64,000 nucleotides of DNA from Dehalococcoidia bacterium (GTDB lineage: Bacteria > Chloroflexota > Dehalococcoidia > UBA6926): contig CAXXET010000008.1 of assembly GCA_963666115.2 (NCBI GenBank), positions 96,001 to 160,000 of the forward strand, given 5' to 3'. Both the position numbers and the translations under genes were made by a program. Position 1 is the first letter of the stretch, and the number at the start of each line of letters is the position of its first letter. The notes beneath the pieces were generated by a model. That model saw only the letters and a program-made list of their open reading frames with translations, had not been told where the DNA came from and did not search any database. Positions 10,008-19,174 of the stretch are shown here, in pieces.

Positions 10008-10754
10008 CTAACTGGACTGTGCCCACTCCTCCTCAGGCACAAGCTCCCGCTCCCCGTGGAAGATTCCGTACCCGATGATGAACAGCCATATCGCGCCCAG
10101 GAACACCAGCACGTTGCTCGCGGAGATCAATATCCCGAAGTCGGCCCCCTGTAGATGTTGGATCAGCGCGAGGTTGATGATCTCCGCCACGCCCTTCGCC
10201 GCGAAACCGTACCCAGCAATCACGTACAGGTTCAACTCGTGGAATCTGACCCCAATACCCAGACCAATGAGAACGCTGGATACGGCGCCAAGCGCGATGA
10301 ACGCATAATGAACCCCGACCATCGCCGACACGATCATCAAGCCAAGCTCGTCGCGCGCCTCGACCTCCATCCCCGTCCCCACGCCGCGCGTCACCACCTG
10401 GACCGCCATCTGCCGCATCGACAACTCGACGATGTAGACGCCCCAGGCAAAGATCGCCATGCCAACCCCGAATCGCAGCGCCAGGTCCGCCCGCCCGCCG
10501 TCACGCCGCAGGCGCAGCAGCGAAAACACCCCAAACGCCATGAGAATCGAGGAAAGCATGAGGAGCATCCCCGTCGCATGCGTGAAGCTGTCGCGCTCTG
10601 CCAACTCGGCCAATGCCGCCGCAAAGTCGGACTGGTCTATCGAGCCGCCTGATCCGCCGCCCGCAAAGAACGACGCGATGAGGACAACGAACACAAGCGC
10701 AACGCCCGCCATCAGCGACAGCCCCGCAAGGCGGGTAGTCGATTGGGATGTCAT
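10008..10754 (-). CDS. Multi-pass membrane protein (paralog 2)
   Basis: About 6 TM segments; similar to the upstream gene; GGAGG RBS before ATG 10754. Confidence 0.75.
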   Translation of the reverse strand: MTSQSTTRLAGLSLMAGVALVFVVLIASFFAGGGSGGSIDQSDFAAALAELAERDSFTHATGMLLMLSSILMAFGVFSLLRLRRDGGRADLALRFGVGMAIFAWGVYIVELSMRQMAVQVVTRGVGTGMEVEARDELGLMIVSAMVGVHYAFIALGAVSSVLIGLGIGVRFHELNLYVIAGYGFAAKGVAEIINLALIQHLQGADFGILISASNVLVFLGAIWLFIIGYGIFHGERELVPEEEWAQSS

Positions 10755-10773
10755 GGTCGGCCTCCTGTCTGAA

Positions 10774-11469
10774 CTACTCCTCTGCGCCCTGCGGCGTGAG
10801 CGCGGGCTCCCCGCGGTAGATGCCGAAGCCAATGATGAACAGCCACAAACCGCCCAGGGCCAGTAGCACGTTGTTGATCGTGAGCAAGAGCCCAAGGTCG
10901 ACGTCAGAGACGCTGGAAATCACAAGATTGGCAGCCTCTGCGACACCCATCAGCGCCAGCCCGTAACCGGCAATCACGAAGAGGTTCACGCCTTCGAACC
11001 TGGCCGCGACCCCGACGCCAATGAGGAAACTGCCGAGCGCCCCGAGCGCGATGAACCCAAAATGGACTCCCGTGATCAGCGCGAGCACCGTTGATGCGGC
11101 CCCATCCTCTCCCCCGGCTTCAATGACGACGAACTGCATCCCCAGCTGGACGATGTAGACGCCCCACGCGAACAGCATGACGCCGACGCCGAGCCGCAGG
11201 CCCAGATCCGCCAGGGTGTGCCGGTGGGACAGGCGCAGCAGCGAAGCCGCTCCGAATGCCATCAGGATAACGGCCAGCATGAACAGGATGCCCGCCGCTT
11301 GATGCATGCCCGAGTTATCCATCAGCATGTCCATCGTGGCGCCAAAATCAGAGTAGTTCACTGCATCGACCGACAATCCGCCGACAGACACCAACGACGC
11401 GATGAAGATGAGTGCCACACCCGCCATCAGCGCCAAACCCGCAGCCCGGTTGTTTGACAGGAATTCCAT
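10774..11469 (-). CDS. Multi-pass membrane protein (paralog 1)
   Basis: Shares AGL.LMAGVAL, FAWGVYIV, IAGYG and WLFIIG.GI with the neighbour. Confidence 0.75.
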   Translation of the reverse strand: MEFLSNNRAAGLALMAGVALIFIASLVSVGGLSVDAVNYSDFGATMDMLMDNSGMHQAAGILFMLAVILMAFGAASLLRLSHRHTLADLGLRLGVGVMLFAWGVYIVQLGMQFVVIEAGGEDGAASTVLALITGVHFGFIALGALGSFLIGVGVAARFEGVNLFVIAGYGLALMGVAEAANLVISSVSDVDLGLLLTINNVLLALGGLWLFIIGFGIYRGEPALTPQGAEE

Positions 11470-11522
11470 CGCAGCCCCTCCTTACTCTCTGACATGCTCC
11501 TTTAATAGGGTACTAGCTTTGG

Positions 11523-11765
11523 CTAGGGGGTGTTGCGCCACTCGTCGAACGCCGCCACGTCCTCCGGCGCCGCGTGTCGAATCAACGACATCAAACGATT
11601 CATCGCCGTCACGAGTTCCTGCGCGTACTCGTCCCCGGAGTCCCCGTTCTTCAGCGCCGGCCGCTCAAGCCCCGCCCGCAAGGCATTCACCCGCTCCTGC
11701 GCCGCCTTCAAAGCCCGCAACTCCGGCGATTCTCTACCCCCCGCTCCCCGCCCCTCCGTAGTCAT
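11523..11765 (-). CDS. Hypothetical small helical protein
   Basis: Short ORF with host-like codon use downstream of vapC. Confidence 0.4.
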   Translation of the reverse strand: MTTEGRGAGGRESPELRALKAAQERVNALRAGLERPALKNGDSGDEYAQELVTAMNRLMSLIRHAAPEDVAAFDEWRNTP

Positions 11766-11782
11766 GCCGTGCCATCCCAACG

Positions 11783-12178
11783 TCACACAGAGATGACGCT
11801 GAGCCCCTCGACGCGCTCGAAATGCCTGCGGTTGTTGGTCAAAACCGTGAGCTGATGACGCGCCGCTGTCGCCGCAATCAACAAGTCCATGTCGGAGATC
11901 ATCATTCCTGCGGCGCGCAAACGGCCCCGCTCGCGGCCAAAAACGCGACACGTCTCGTCATCGAGCGGCAGCACGTCCACGCCTGCCAGAAATGCCTGTA
12001 TCCGGCGTTCACTGCCCTCCGGATCGCGGGTAACATACCTGCCCTCATACAACTCAGCGACGGAGATGATGCTGAGCGCGATACCGTCGCCGCGCAAGTC
12101 AGCCAACCGTGCGCGAATCGCCACTGAGCCGCGCAAATACGCTATCACCCAGTCCGTATCGATGAGATAGCGCATCAA
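11783..12178 (-). CDS. vapC: PIN-domain toxin VapC
   Basis: YLIDTD, ISVAELYEG, DLLIAATA, LTNNRRHF. Confidence 0.92.
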   Translation of the reverse strand: MMRYLIDTDWVIAYLRGSVAIRARLADLRGDGIALSIISVAELYEGRYVTRDPEGSERRIQAFLAGVDVLPLDDETCRVFGRERGRLRAAGMMISDMDLLIAATAARHQLTVLTNNRRHFERVEGLSVISV

Positions 12179-12180
12179 TC

Positions 12181-12456
12181 CTACGGAGTCGGCGGCGTGC
12201 GCGAACCGTCGATGCGCGCTTGGCGAATCGTCTCCGCGAAATCCTCAGGGATGATGTCCTTCCAGCCGCCCCATGCGCTCTCAAACAGAGCCGTGCGCTC
12301 TTCCGGGCTGAGGCTTTCCTTATCAATCGCGCCGTTCAACTGCGGCACAACAACCGTCCGTTCCACCGCGACGATCACCTCTGTGCCGTCCTCGAGTTCA
12401 AGATGCTCCAGCGGCGTCAGAACGCCTTTCTCATATCGCGCCCGTACCGTTGCCAT
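12181..12456 (-). CDS. Antitoxin (AF2212/DUF104-like)
   Basis: VRARYEKGVLTPLE.LEL.DG motif; directly upstream of vapC. Confidence 0.85.
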   Translation of the reverse strand: MATVRARYEKGVLTPLEHLELEDGTEVIVAVERTVVVPQLNGAIDKESLSPEERTALFESAWGGWKDIIPEDFAETIRQARIDGSRTPPTP

Positions 12457-12543
12457 GACCGACCGTTACTCCTTCGGGAACTCCCGCCGCTGCCGCAATG
12501 CCACCCCCAACGAACTGCCTCACCGCGCCATTATAGCCGCCCT

Positions 12544-12840
12544 TCACCCCTCCCCGCTGATAACCTCCACCACGTGCGGCATCACCTCCGCGTCCGGGCG
12601 GGAGTCATAGACGTACTCGGCCACGTTGTCCAGCGTCCGGCGGCACCCCGCCTCGCTCGTGTTGACACAGGACACGCCCAGCAGCGCCATCCGCGGCGAA
12701 TCGTGCTCGCCGACCTCTGAGATGGACACGTTATAGCGCCGCTTAACCCGCTCGATGACGCTCTTGACCACCTGCCGCTTGTCCTTCAGCGACGACGCCT
12801 CAGCCAGCCGCAACTCAAGAACCGTATACCCGACGACCAC
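12544..12840 (-). CDS. DUF503 family protein
   Basis: SLKDKRQVVKS...RYNVSISEV. Confidence 0.85.
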   Translation of the reverse strand: MVVGYTVLELRLAEASSLKDKRQVVKSVIERVKRRYNVSISEVGEHDSPRMALLGVSCVNTSEAGCRRTLDNVAEYVYDSRPDAEVMPHVVEVISGEG

Positions 12841-12842
12841 GC

Positions 12843-15494
12843 CTACACGTCCAGGTTCTGGACCTCCTGCGCGTGCGTCCGTATGAAGTTCGCCCGCGGC
12901 CGGACCTCCTCGCCCATCAGCATCTCGAACAAATCCGCCGCCTGCTGCGCGTCCTCGATCTCAACCTTGAACAGCGTCCGCGTCTCCGGGTCCAGCGTCG
13001 TCTCCCACAACTGCGTCGGGTTCATCTCGCCCAGGCCCTTGTACCGCTGGATGCCCACGCCCCGCGTCGACACGTCCTCAACGATCTCCGCGAGGTCGAT
13101 CATCGAGTTCAGCCGGCCCACCGCGCGCTCCCGCTTGTACACCGTCCCAACCCTGGGCAGGTGGTCGCTCAGCGCTGTCGCCAGCTCCGTCATCCGCTGC
13201 GCCGCGTCCTCGTTGAAGAAATCGTGGTCGAGCCGCAACGTCCGCCCGCTCTCCGTGTCCTGGATCAGGATGTACGTCCCGTTCTTCGCCGGGAACGCGG
13301 TGTCCGCGCCCTCGTCGTCGCCGGACGACTCATCCTGCCCCGCAGTAGTCTCGCTCGTGAGATCGAGTAGCGATGGCTGTTGCGCGTCCGGAAGCAGTGT
13401 GGGCGCCGTTGGCTCAGGCGCCGGCGCGATGGGGGTATCGTCGTATTCGAACTCCAGGATGCGGACGTTGCCCAGGTCCTGGAGCGCGCCCATCAACTCC
13501 TGCAGCGACTCCTCGCTGGACAGGTCGCGCTCGCCCGTCCGCACGGTCAGCGCTGTCGCCGTCAGCAGCGGCCACGGGTACCCCGTCGCCTGCAGGTCGG
13601 ACATCGCCCGCCCCAGTCGCTGCGCGGACGGCAGCACGTCGCGCACCTGCGCCTCCGTGTACACGATGCCCGCGTCCTGCTCGGAACTCTCGCGGATCGT
13701 CATGTCCTTCAGCGCCTGGTTGGTCAGCGTGTCGTCCTTTTCCTTGTCCGTATACAGCCAGTGGACGTCATTGCGGCCGATCTGCACGCGGTACAGCGGC
13801 GGCTGCGCGATGTAGATGTTGCCCGCGCGGAGCAGCGGCTGGAAGTGCCGGTAGAACAGCGTGAGCAGCAACGTGCGAATGTGCGCGCCGTCCACGTCCG
13901 CGTCCGTCATGATGATGACCTTCTTGTACCGCAGCTTGGACAGGTCCAGCCCGTCGTTCTCATCGATGTCCGCCTCGTCGGCGTCCGATGCCCCGTTCCC
14001 GTTCACGTGGCCGTTCAGCCCGCCGAAACCGACGCCCAGCGCCGACGCGATCGCCTTGATCTCCTCGTGCCCGTACACCTTGTCCAGCCGCGCTTTCTGC
14101 ACGTTCAGGATCTTGCCGCGCAGGGGCAGAATCGCCTGGAAGCGCCGGTCGCGCCCGCCCTTGGCAGAGCCGCCGGCGGAATCGCCCTCGACGAGGAAGA
14201 TCTCGCAGTTGTCCGGGTTCTTGTCCGAGCAGTCGGCCAGCTTGCCCGGCAGGGTGGTGGACTCCAGCGCGCCCTTCCGCTGCACGCTCTCCTTGGCCTT
14301 CCGCGCGGCCTCCCGCGCGATGGCCGTGTTCTTGCACTTCTCCAAAATCCGCCGCGCGTCCTGCGGGTGCTCCTCCAGGTACGTGGACAGACCCTCGGCC
14401 AGCGTGCTCTCAACGTGGTTCTTCACCTCCGCGTTGCCCAGCTTGCCCTTCGTCTGACCCTCGAACTGCGGCTCCGCCAGCTTCACGCTGATCACCGCCG
14501 CGATGCCCTCCCGCACGTCCTCGCCCTGAAGGTTGCTGTCCCCGTCCTTCAGCAGCTTGAACTTGCGCCCGTAATCGTTCATCGCCCGCGTCAGCGCCGC
14601 CCGGAATCCCGTCAGGTGCGTCCCGCCGTCCACCGTGTGGATGCAGTTCGCAAACCCAAACACGTTCTCCGCGTAGCCGTCGTTGTACTGGAGCGCAACC
14701 TCGACGTGCGTCCCGTCGATGTCCCGCTCCACGTAGATCGGCGTCTGGTGCATCGCCGTCCGCGCCGAGTTCATGTGGCGTACCAGCGAGCGGATGCCGC
14801 CCTCGAAATAGAACGTCGTCTCGTTCTCCGTCCGCTCATCCACGAAGCGAATCTCAAGCCCCGGGTTCAGGTACGCCATCTCCCGGAACCGCGCCGCCAA
14901 AGTCGTGAACTCAAACGACGTGTCCTGCATGAAGATCGTGGGGTCCGGCTTGAACCACACCGTCGTGCCCGTATCGTCCGCCGACCCGACGGCCTCCACC
15001 GGCGCGAGCGCGTCGCCCCGCGAATACTCCTGCATGTGAATCTTGCCGTCGCGACGCACCTCCGCACGCAGGCTCTCCGACAGCGCGTTCACGACCGATG
15101 CGCCGACCCCGTGCAGGCCGCCGGACACCTTGTACCCGCCGCCGCCGAACTTGCCGCCCGCGTGCAGCGTCGTCATCACCGTTTCGAGGCCCGTCAGCCC
15201 CGTCTGCGGATGCTTGTCGATTGGCACCCCGCGCCCATCGTCCTCGATGCGCGCCGTGCCGTCCGCCAAAATCGTCACGATGATCCGGTTGCAGTGCCCC
15301 GCCATCGCCTCGTCGACCGCGTTGTCGACGATCTCATAGATCAGGTGGTGCAGCCCCCGCTCATCCGTGGAGCCGATGTACATGCCGGGCCGGCGGCGCA
15401 CCGCCTCAAGCCCCTCCAGCACCTCGATATTCCGTGACGTGTACTCGGACGTCTCAGTAGCGCCAACATCGCGCCGTTCCGACCGTTCTACCAT
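12843..15494 (-). CDS. gyrB: DNA gyrase subunit B with large TOPRIM insertion
   Basis: VRRRPGMYIG, EIVDNAVDE, VEGDSAGG, PLRGK, TDADVDG, QRYKGLGEM. Confidence 0.97.
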   Translation of the reverse strand: MVERSERRDVGATETSEYTSRNIEVLEGLEAVRRRPGMYIGSTDERGLHHLIYEIVDNAVDEAMAGHCNRIIVTILADGTARIEDDGRGVPIDKHPQTGLTGLETVMTTLHAGGKFGGGGYKVSGGLHGVGASVVNALSESLRAEVRRDGKIHMQEYSRGDALAPVEAVGSADDTGTTVWFKPDPTIFMQDTSFEFTTLAARFREMAYLNPGLEIRFVDERTENETTFYFEGGIRSLVRHMNSARTAMHQTPIYVERDIDGTHVEVALQYNDGYAENVFGFANCIHTVDGGTHLTGFRAALTRAMNDYGRKFKLLKDGDSNLQGEDVREGIAAVISVKLAEPQFEGQTKGKLGNAEVKNHVESTLAEGLSTYLEEHPQDARRILEKCKNTAIAREAARKAKESVQRKGALESTTLPGKLADCSDKNPDNCEIFLVEGDSAGGSAKGGRDRRFQAILPLRGKILNVQKARLDKVYGHEEIKAIASALGVGFGGLNGHVNGNGASDADEADIDENDGLDLSKLRYKKVIIMTDADVDGAHIRTLLLTLFYRHFQPLLRAGNIYIAQPPLYRVQIGRNDVHWLYTDKEKDDTLTNQALKDMTIRESSEQDAGIVYTEAQVRDVLPSAQRLGRAMSDLQATGYPWPLLTATALTVRTGERDLSSEESLQELMGALQDLGNVRILEFEYDDTPIAPAPEPTAPTLLPDAQQPSLLDLTSETTAGQDESSGDDEGADTAFPAKNGTYILIQDTESGRTLRLDHDFFNEDAAQRMTELATALSDHLPRVGTVYKRERAVGRLNSMIDLAEIVEDVSTRGVGIQRYKGLGEMNPTQLWETTLDPETRTLFKVEIEDAQQAADLFEMLMGEEVRPRANFIRTHAQEVQNLDV

Positions 15495-15623
15495 GCCGTT
15501 CCAACCTGCCTTTCCCCGCGCATCCCGCGCCCGCCCCACGCCCCGCGCAGATACGGCCGCAACCTGCCCCAATTCTACCAGAAATTAAAATCCCGTTCAA
15601 AAAACAAAGCCCTCCCCAACAGT

Positions 15624-15658
15624 CCCCTCTCCCTCAGGGAGAGGGCTAGGGTGAGGGG
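15624..15658 (+). repeat. Palindromic repeat family D (CCCCTCTCCC-TCA-GGGAGAGGG-CTAGGGTGAGGG)
   Basis: Hairpin next to the tRNA 3' end; single copy here, of a widespread REP-like type. Confidence 0.6.
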
Positions 15659-15680
15659 GGCAGGCTTTTCGCGGGGGAAG

Positions 15681-15768
15681 CGGAGGGGGCGGGATTCGAA
15701 CCCGCGTTGCAGGGTTACCGCAAAGCAGTTTTCAAGACTGCCGCCTTCGTCCGCTCGGCCACCCCTCC
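15681..15768 (-). tRNA. tRNA-Ser (anticodon TGA)
   Basis: Acceptor GGAGGGG/CCCCTCC, anticodon arm GCAGT-CTTGAAA-ACTGC, long variable arm, GGTTCGAATCC T-loop; CCA not encoded. Confidence 0.95.
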
Positions 15769-15815
15769 GCGCTGTGCATAGCGCCATATCAGTATTGGAA
15801 CGCAGGGATTAGGGG

Positions 15816-17147
15816 TCAAGCGGGGGTGGGGGCGGGTTGGCGTGGGGGGCGGGGTTGGGGGGCTGTTAGGACGACCAGGCCGCCTATGGCCCAGAATGCG
15901 CCCAGCAGGATGAAGGAGACGTCGTAGTCGCCGAGCATTTGCCACATGACGCCGACTGCGAAGGGGCTGGTTGCGCCTGCGACGTTGGCTATGGGGGTGG
16001 CGACGCCTCGGATGGCGCCCATGTGCTCGCGGCCAAAGTACTGGGCTAGGGCGACGTTTACCATCGGGATGAATCCGCCCATGGTGAAGCCGTAGAGCAC
16101 GGCGTAGACGAGGAGCGTCCACTGGCCGGAGCCGACGACCAGGATGAGGAGGGTTGCGCCGGCGGGGATCATGGCGGCGGCCAGGCCGAGCCTCGCGCCG
16201 AATCGTTCGGCGAGGAGGCCGTAGAACATCTTGCTGACCAATGCGGCGCCGGCGAGGACGGTGGCGGCGAGCGTCGCTTCGGCGATGGTGAGTCCCTTGT
16301 CCTGCATGTAGGCGACCTGGTGGAAGAGGACGCCGAACAAGCCCGCCTGACCCAGCCCTTGCGCGGCGAGCATGGCCCAAAAGGCGGTTGTTCTCAGGGC
16401 TTCGCGGACCGTCCAGGGGTATTCGTATGGCTCGCTGTTCGTGGGCGCGGCCGGTTGGCCGCCGGCTGCTTGCGCGGTCGGCGCGGGGCTTTGGGGGACG
16501 CCGTCCGGGACGAGGCCGACGTCGCTTGGCTGTCGTCGCATGAGGAGGATGGCCGCAGGGGTGAGGAAGACGATGATGCCGACGCCGAGGATGAACCACG
16601 CCTCGCGCCAGCCGATGGTGTCGATGAGCAGGCCGGCGATGGGGGCGATGACGAAGCCGCCGACGGATATGCCGATTGTGCTGACGGCGAAGACGCGGCC
16701 CCGCATCCGGACGAACCACTTGGCCAGGATCGCGGCGCCCAGGAGCTGCCAGTTCATGGTCGTCGCTACTATGCCGAAGACGATGCCAAAGGCGATGTAG
16801 AACTGCCACATGGCATCGACGAAGGAGGTGGCGATGAGGGCGAGACCGGCGGCGATGCTGCCGACGGTGACGACGAGGCGGGGACCCTCGCGCTTGTCCA
16901 GCATCATGCCGATGAGGGGGATGACGGGGATGGCGGCGAGCCGGAAGAGGGCGATGGCGGAGAACTCGGCGCGGGAAACATCAAGGGCCTCGCTCATGGG
17001 CACGACGAAGAAGGAGATGCCGTAGCCGTTGATGCCGGCGGTGATCATGTTGCTGGAGAAGGTGATGCCGAGGATCACCCAGCCGTAGAAGACGGGGGAG
17101 CGGCGGACGAGGAAGGGCGGGCGTTGTGCTGAGTCCGCGGTGGTCAA
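15816..17147 (-). CDS. MFS transporter (paralog 2)
   Basis: 12-TM pattern, FYGW, KWFVRMRG, QYFGREHMGAIRG. Confidence 0.9.
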   Translation of the reverse strand: MTTADSAQRPPFLVRRSPVFYGWVILGITFSSNMITAGINGYGISFFVVPMSEALDVSRAEFSAIALFRLAAIPVIPLIGMMLDKREGPRLVVTVGSIAAGLALIATSFVDAMWQFYIAFGIVFGIVATTMNWQLLGAAILAKWFVRMRGRVFAVSTIGISVGGFVIAPIAGLLIDTIGWREAWFILGVGIIVFLTPAAILLMRRQPSDVGLVPDGVPQSPAPTAQAAGGQPAAPTNSEPYEYPWTVREALRTTAFWAMLAAQGLGQAGLFGVLFHQVAYMQDKGLTIAEATLAATVLAGAALVSKMFYGLLAERFGARLGLAAAMIPAGATLLILVVGSGQWTLLVYAVLYGFTMGGFIPMVNVALAQYFGREHMGAIRGVATPIANVAGATSPFAVGVMWQMLGDYDVSFILLGAFWAIGGLVVLTAPQPRPPRQPAPTPA

Positions 17148-17186
17148 CTACGGCTCTTTTCCGAACGGAGAGAGTAGAACGATCAC

Positions 17187-17507
17187 CTAGACAGCTACCG
17201 ACTCTTCGTCAGGCCACTCCTGCGGCTTGTAGAACTGCGTGACCTTTGGGCGCTCCATCTTGTGCCGTGCCTGCCACAGGTCGTAACTGGCCTGCAGCCT
17301 CAGCCACATTTCAGGCGTCGAGCCAAACGCCTCCGCCAAGCGGATAGCCATATCAGCCGTGATGCTCGCCCGCCCGTTGATGAGGTTGGAGAGCGCGCGG
17401 GGTGACACGCACAGCCCCTCCGCCGCGGCCTTGATAGTCAGGCCAAGATCCGGCAGACAGAACTCTTTGATTATCCCACCAGGGTGGGGCGGATTATGCA
17501 TAGGCAT
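17187..17507 (-). CDS. higA: HigA family antitoxin
   Basis: PPHPG, ITADMAIRL..AFG...WLRLQASYDL. Confidence 0.92.
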   Translation of the reverse strand: MPMHNPPHPGGIIKEFCLPDLGLTIKAAAEGLCVSPRALSNLINGRASITADMAIRLAEAFGSTPEMWLRLQASYDLWQARHKMERPKVTQFYKPQEWPDEESVAV

Positions 17508-17520
17508 GAGATTCTCCTCT

Positions 17521-17799
17521 CTAGTGATAGTCTACGTAATCGACATCGAATGCGTCACCGTCCTCGAAACGGAACGTCACACGCCAATTGCCAGACACCC
17601 GAACAGCATAATGTCCCGCGAGATTGCCGGACAAAGAATGAAACCCTCTTCCCAAGAGTCTCACGTCCTCAGGACCGCCTGCCTGATCAAGCGTGTTCAG
17701 AATCAGTCGGAGTCGCGCGACATGCCGCGAATCCACACCTCGCGCGCTGCCACGTTCATACAGTTCCCGCAGCCCCCGGTGCCTGATTCTCCGTATCAT
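17521..17799 (-). CDS. higB: HigB (RelE family) toxin
   Basis: RHRGLRELY, HSLSG, VSGNWRVTFRF, VDYVDYH. Confidence 0.92.
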   Translation of the reverse strand: MIRRIRHRGLRELYERGSARGVDSRHVARLRLILNTLDQAGGPEDVRLLGRGFHSLSGNLAGHYAVRVSGNWRVTFRFEDGDAFDVDYVDYH

Positions 17800-17800
17800 G

Positions 17801-19153
17801 CTATGGCTTGGCGGCGGTCGGGGAGGCCGCAGGCTCTCGCGGTTCTCGCGCCAGGAGGACGATGGCGCCGCCTATGAACCAGCCTGCTCCTGTGAGGATG
17901 AATGAGATGTCGTAGCTGCCTGTTACTTCCCACATCCAGCCGACGGCGAAGGGGCTGACTGCGCCCACGACGTTGGCCAGGGGGGTGAATGCGCCGCGTA
18001 TCGCGCCCATGTGCTGGCGGCCAAAGTACTGTGCCAAGGCGACGTTCATCAGGGGCATGAATCCGCCCATCGTGAGGCCGTGAACGACGGCGTAGGCCAG
18101 CAGCATCTCCATGCTCGCGCCTCCCACAAGGAACAGCACGGAGAGGCCGGCGGGCATCATCGAGAGGGGCAGCACCCACCGCACGTGGACGCGCTCGACG
18201 ATTGCTCCATAGACGAGCTTGCCGAGGATGGCGAACCCGGCGAGCAGGGTCGCGGCGAGCGTGGCGTCGCCAAGGCTGAATCCCTTGTCCTGCATGTAGG
18301 CCACCTGGTGGAAGAGGATGGGCATGAGGGAGGCGAGGGACAGGACCTGCGCGGCGAGCAGGGCCCAAAAGGCCACCGTTCGCGCCGCCTCCCGCACCGT
18401 CCACGGGTATTCGTAGGGTTCATTGGGGGCGAGCGCGGACGCCTCTTCAGCGGTCATGCCCTCTCTCGCCGGGTTGGCCTGGGGGATGCCGTCGGGCACG
18501 AGGCCCACGTCGCTGGGCTGGCGTCGCATGAACAGGGCGGCGGCGGGGGTGATGGTGAGGACCATGCCGATGCCGAGAATCATCCAGGCATCGCGCCATC
18601 CGAACTGCTCCACGAGCTGGCCGGCGATGGGGGCGATGACGAAGCCGCCGCCGGAGATGCCGATGGCGCTGATGGCCATGACGCGGGCGCGGCGCTTGAC
18701 GAACCACTTGGCAAGGACGGCGGGGCCGACAAGCTGGCCGCCCATCGCCATCATGGCGACGCCGAAGAAGATGCCGAAGGTGAGGTAGAACTGGAGCATG
18801 TTCTGGACGAACGCGGAGGCGATGAGGGAAAGTCCAGCCGCGGCGCTGCCGATCACGATGACGAGGCGGGGGCCTTCGCGCTTGTCGACGAGCAGGCCGA
18901 GCAGGGGCACGAGCGGAATGGCGGCCAGGCGGAAGAGGGTGATGGAGGAGAACTCGGCGCGTGTGACGCCCAGCGTCTCGCTCATCGGCACGACGAAGAA
19001 TGAGAGGCCGTAGCCGCTGATGCCGGCGGTGACCATGCTGGTGGAGAACGTGAGGGCAACGATGACCCAGCCGTAGAAGACGGGGGAGCGGCGGACGAGG
19101 AACGGCGTCTTCGGCGCCTGTTCCCGGGAGGGGGGCGTGGCTGTGGCTGTCAT
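17801..19153 (-). CDS. MFS transporter (paralog 1)
   Basis: Long identical stretches with 15816-17147 (PFLVRRSPVFYGW, LFHQVAYMQDKG). Confidence 0.9.
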   Translation of the reverse strand: MTATATPPSREQAPKTPFLVRRSPVFYGWVIVALTFSTSMVTAGISGYGLSFFVVPMSETLGVTRAEFSSITLFRLAAIPLVPLLGLLVDKREGPRLVIVIGSAAAGLSLIASAFVQNMLQFYLTFGIFFGVAMMAMGGQLVGPAVLAKWFVKRRARVMAISAIGISGGGFVIAPIAGQLVEQFGWRDAWMILGIGMVLTITPAAALFMRRQPSDVGLVPDGIPQANPAREGMTAEEASALAPNEPYEYPWTVREAARTVAFWALLAAQVLSLASLMPILFHQVAYMQDKGFSLGDATLAATLLAGFAILGKLVYGAIVERVHVRWVLPLSMMPAGLSVLFLVGGASMEMLLAYAVVHGLTMGGFMPLMNVALAQYFGRQHMGAIRGAFTPLANVVGAVSPFAVGWMWEVTGSYDISFILTGAGWFIGGAIVLLAREPREPAASPTAAKP

Positions 19154-19174
19154 GGTCGGCACGCGCCGCGCGGG

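Noticed and set aside
13055-13735. Intein in gyrB
   Set aside because: No N-terminal Cys/Ser block, no terminal His-Asn, no LAGLIDADG motif
13380-15437. Long 685-aa plus-strand ORF (and similar long ORFs such as 7577-8887, 42339-43709, 44136-45617)
   Set aside because: Antisense shadows of real genes, expected in high-GC DNA
15575-15787. 70-aa ORF on the minus strand
   Set aside because: Overlaps tRNA-Ser and a repeat hairpin
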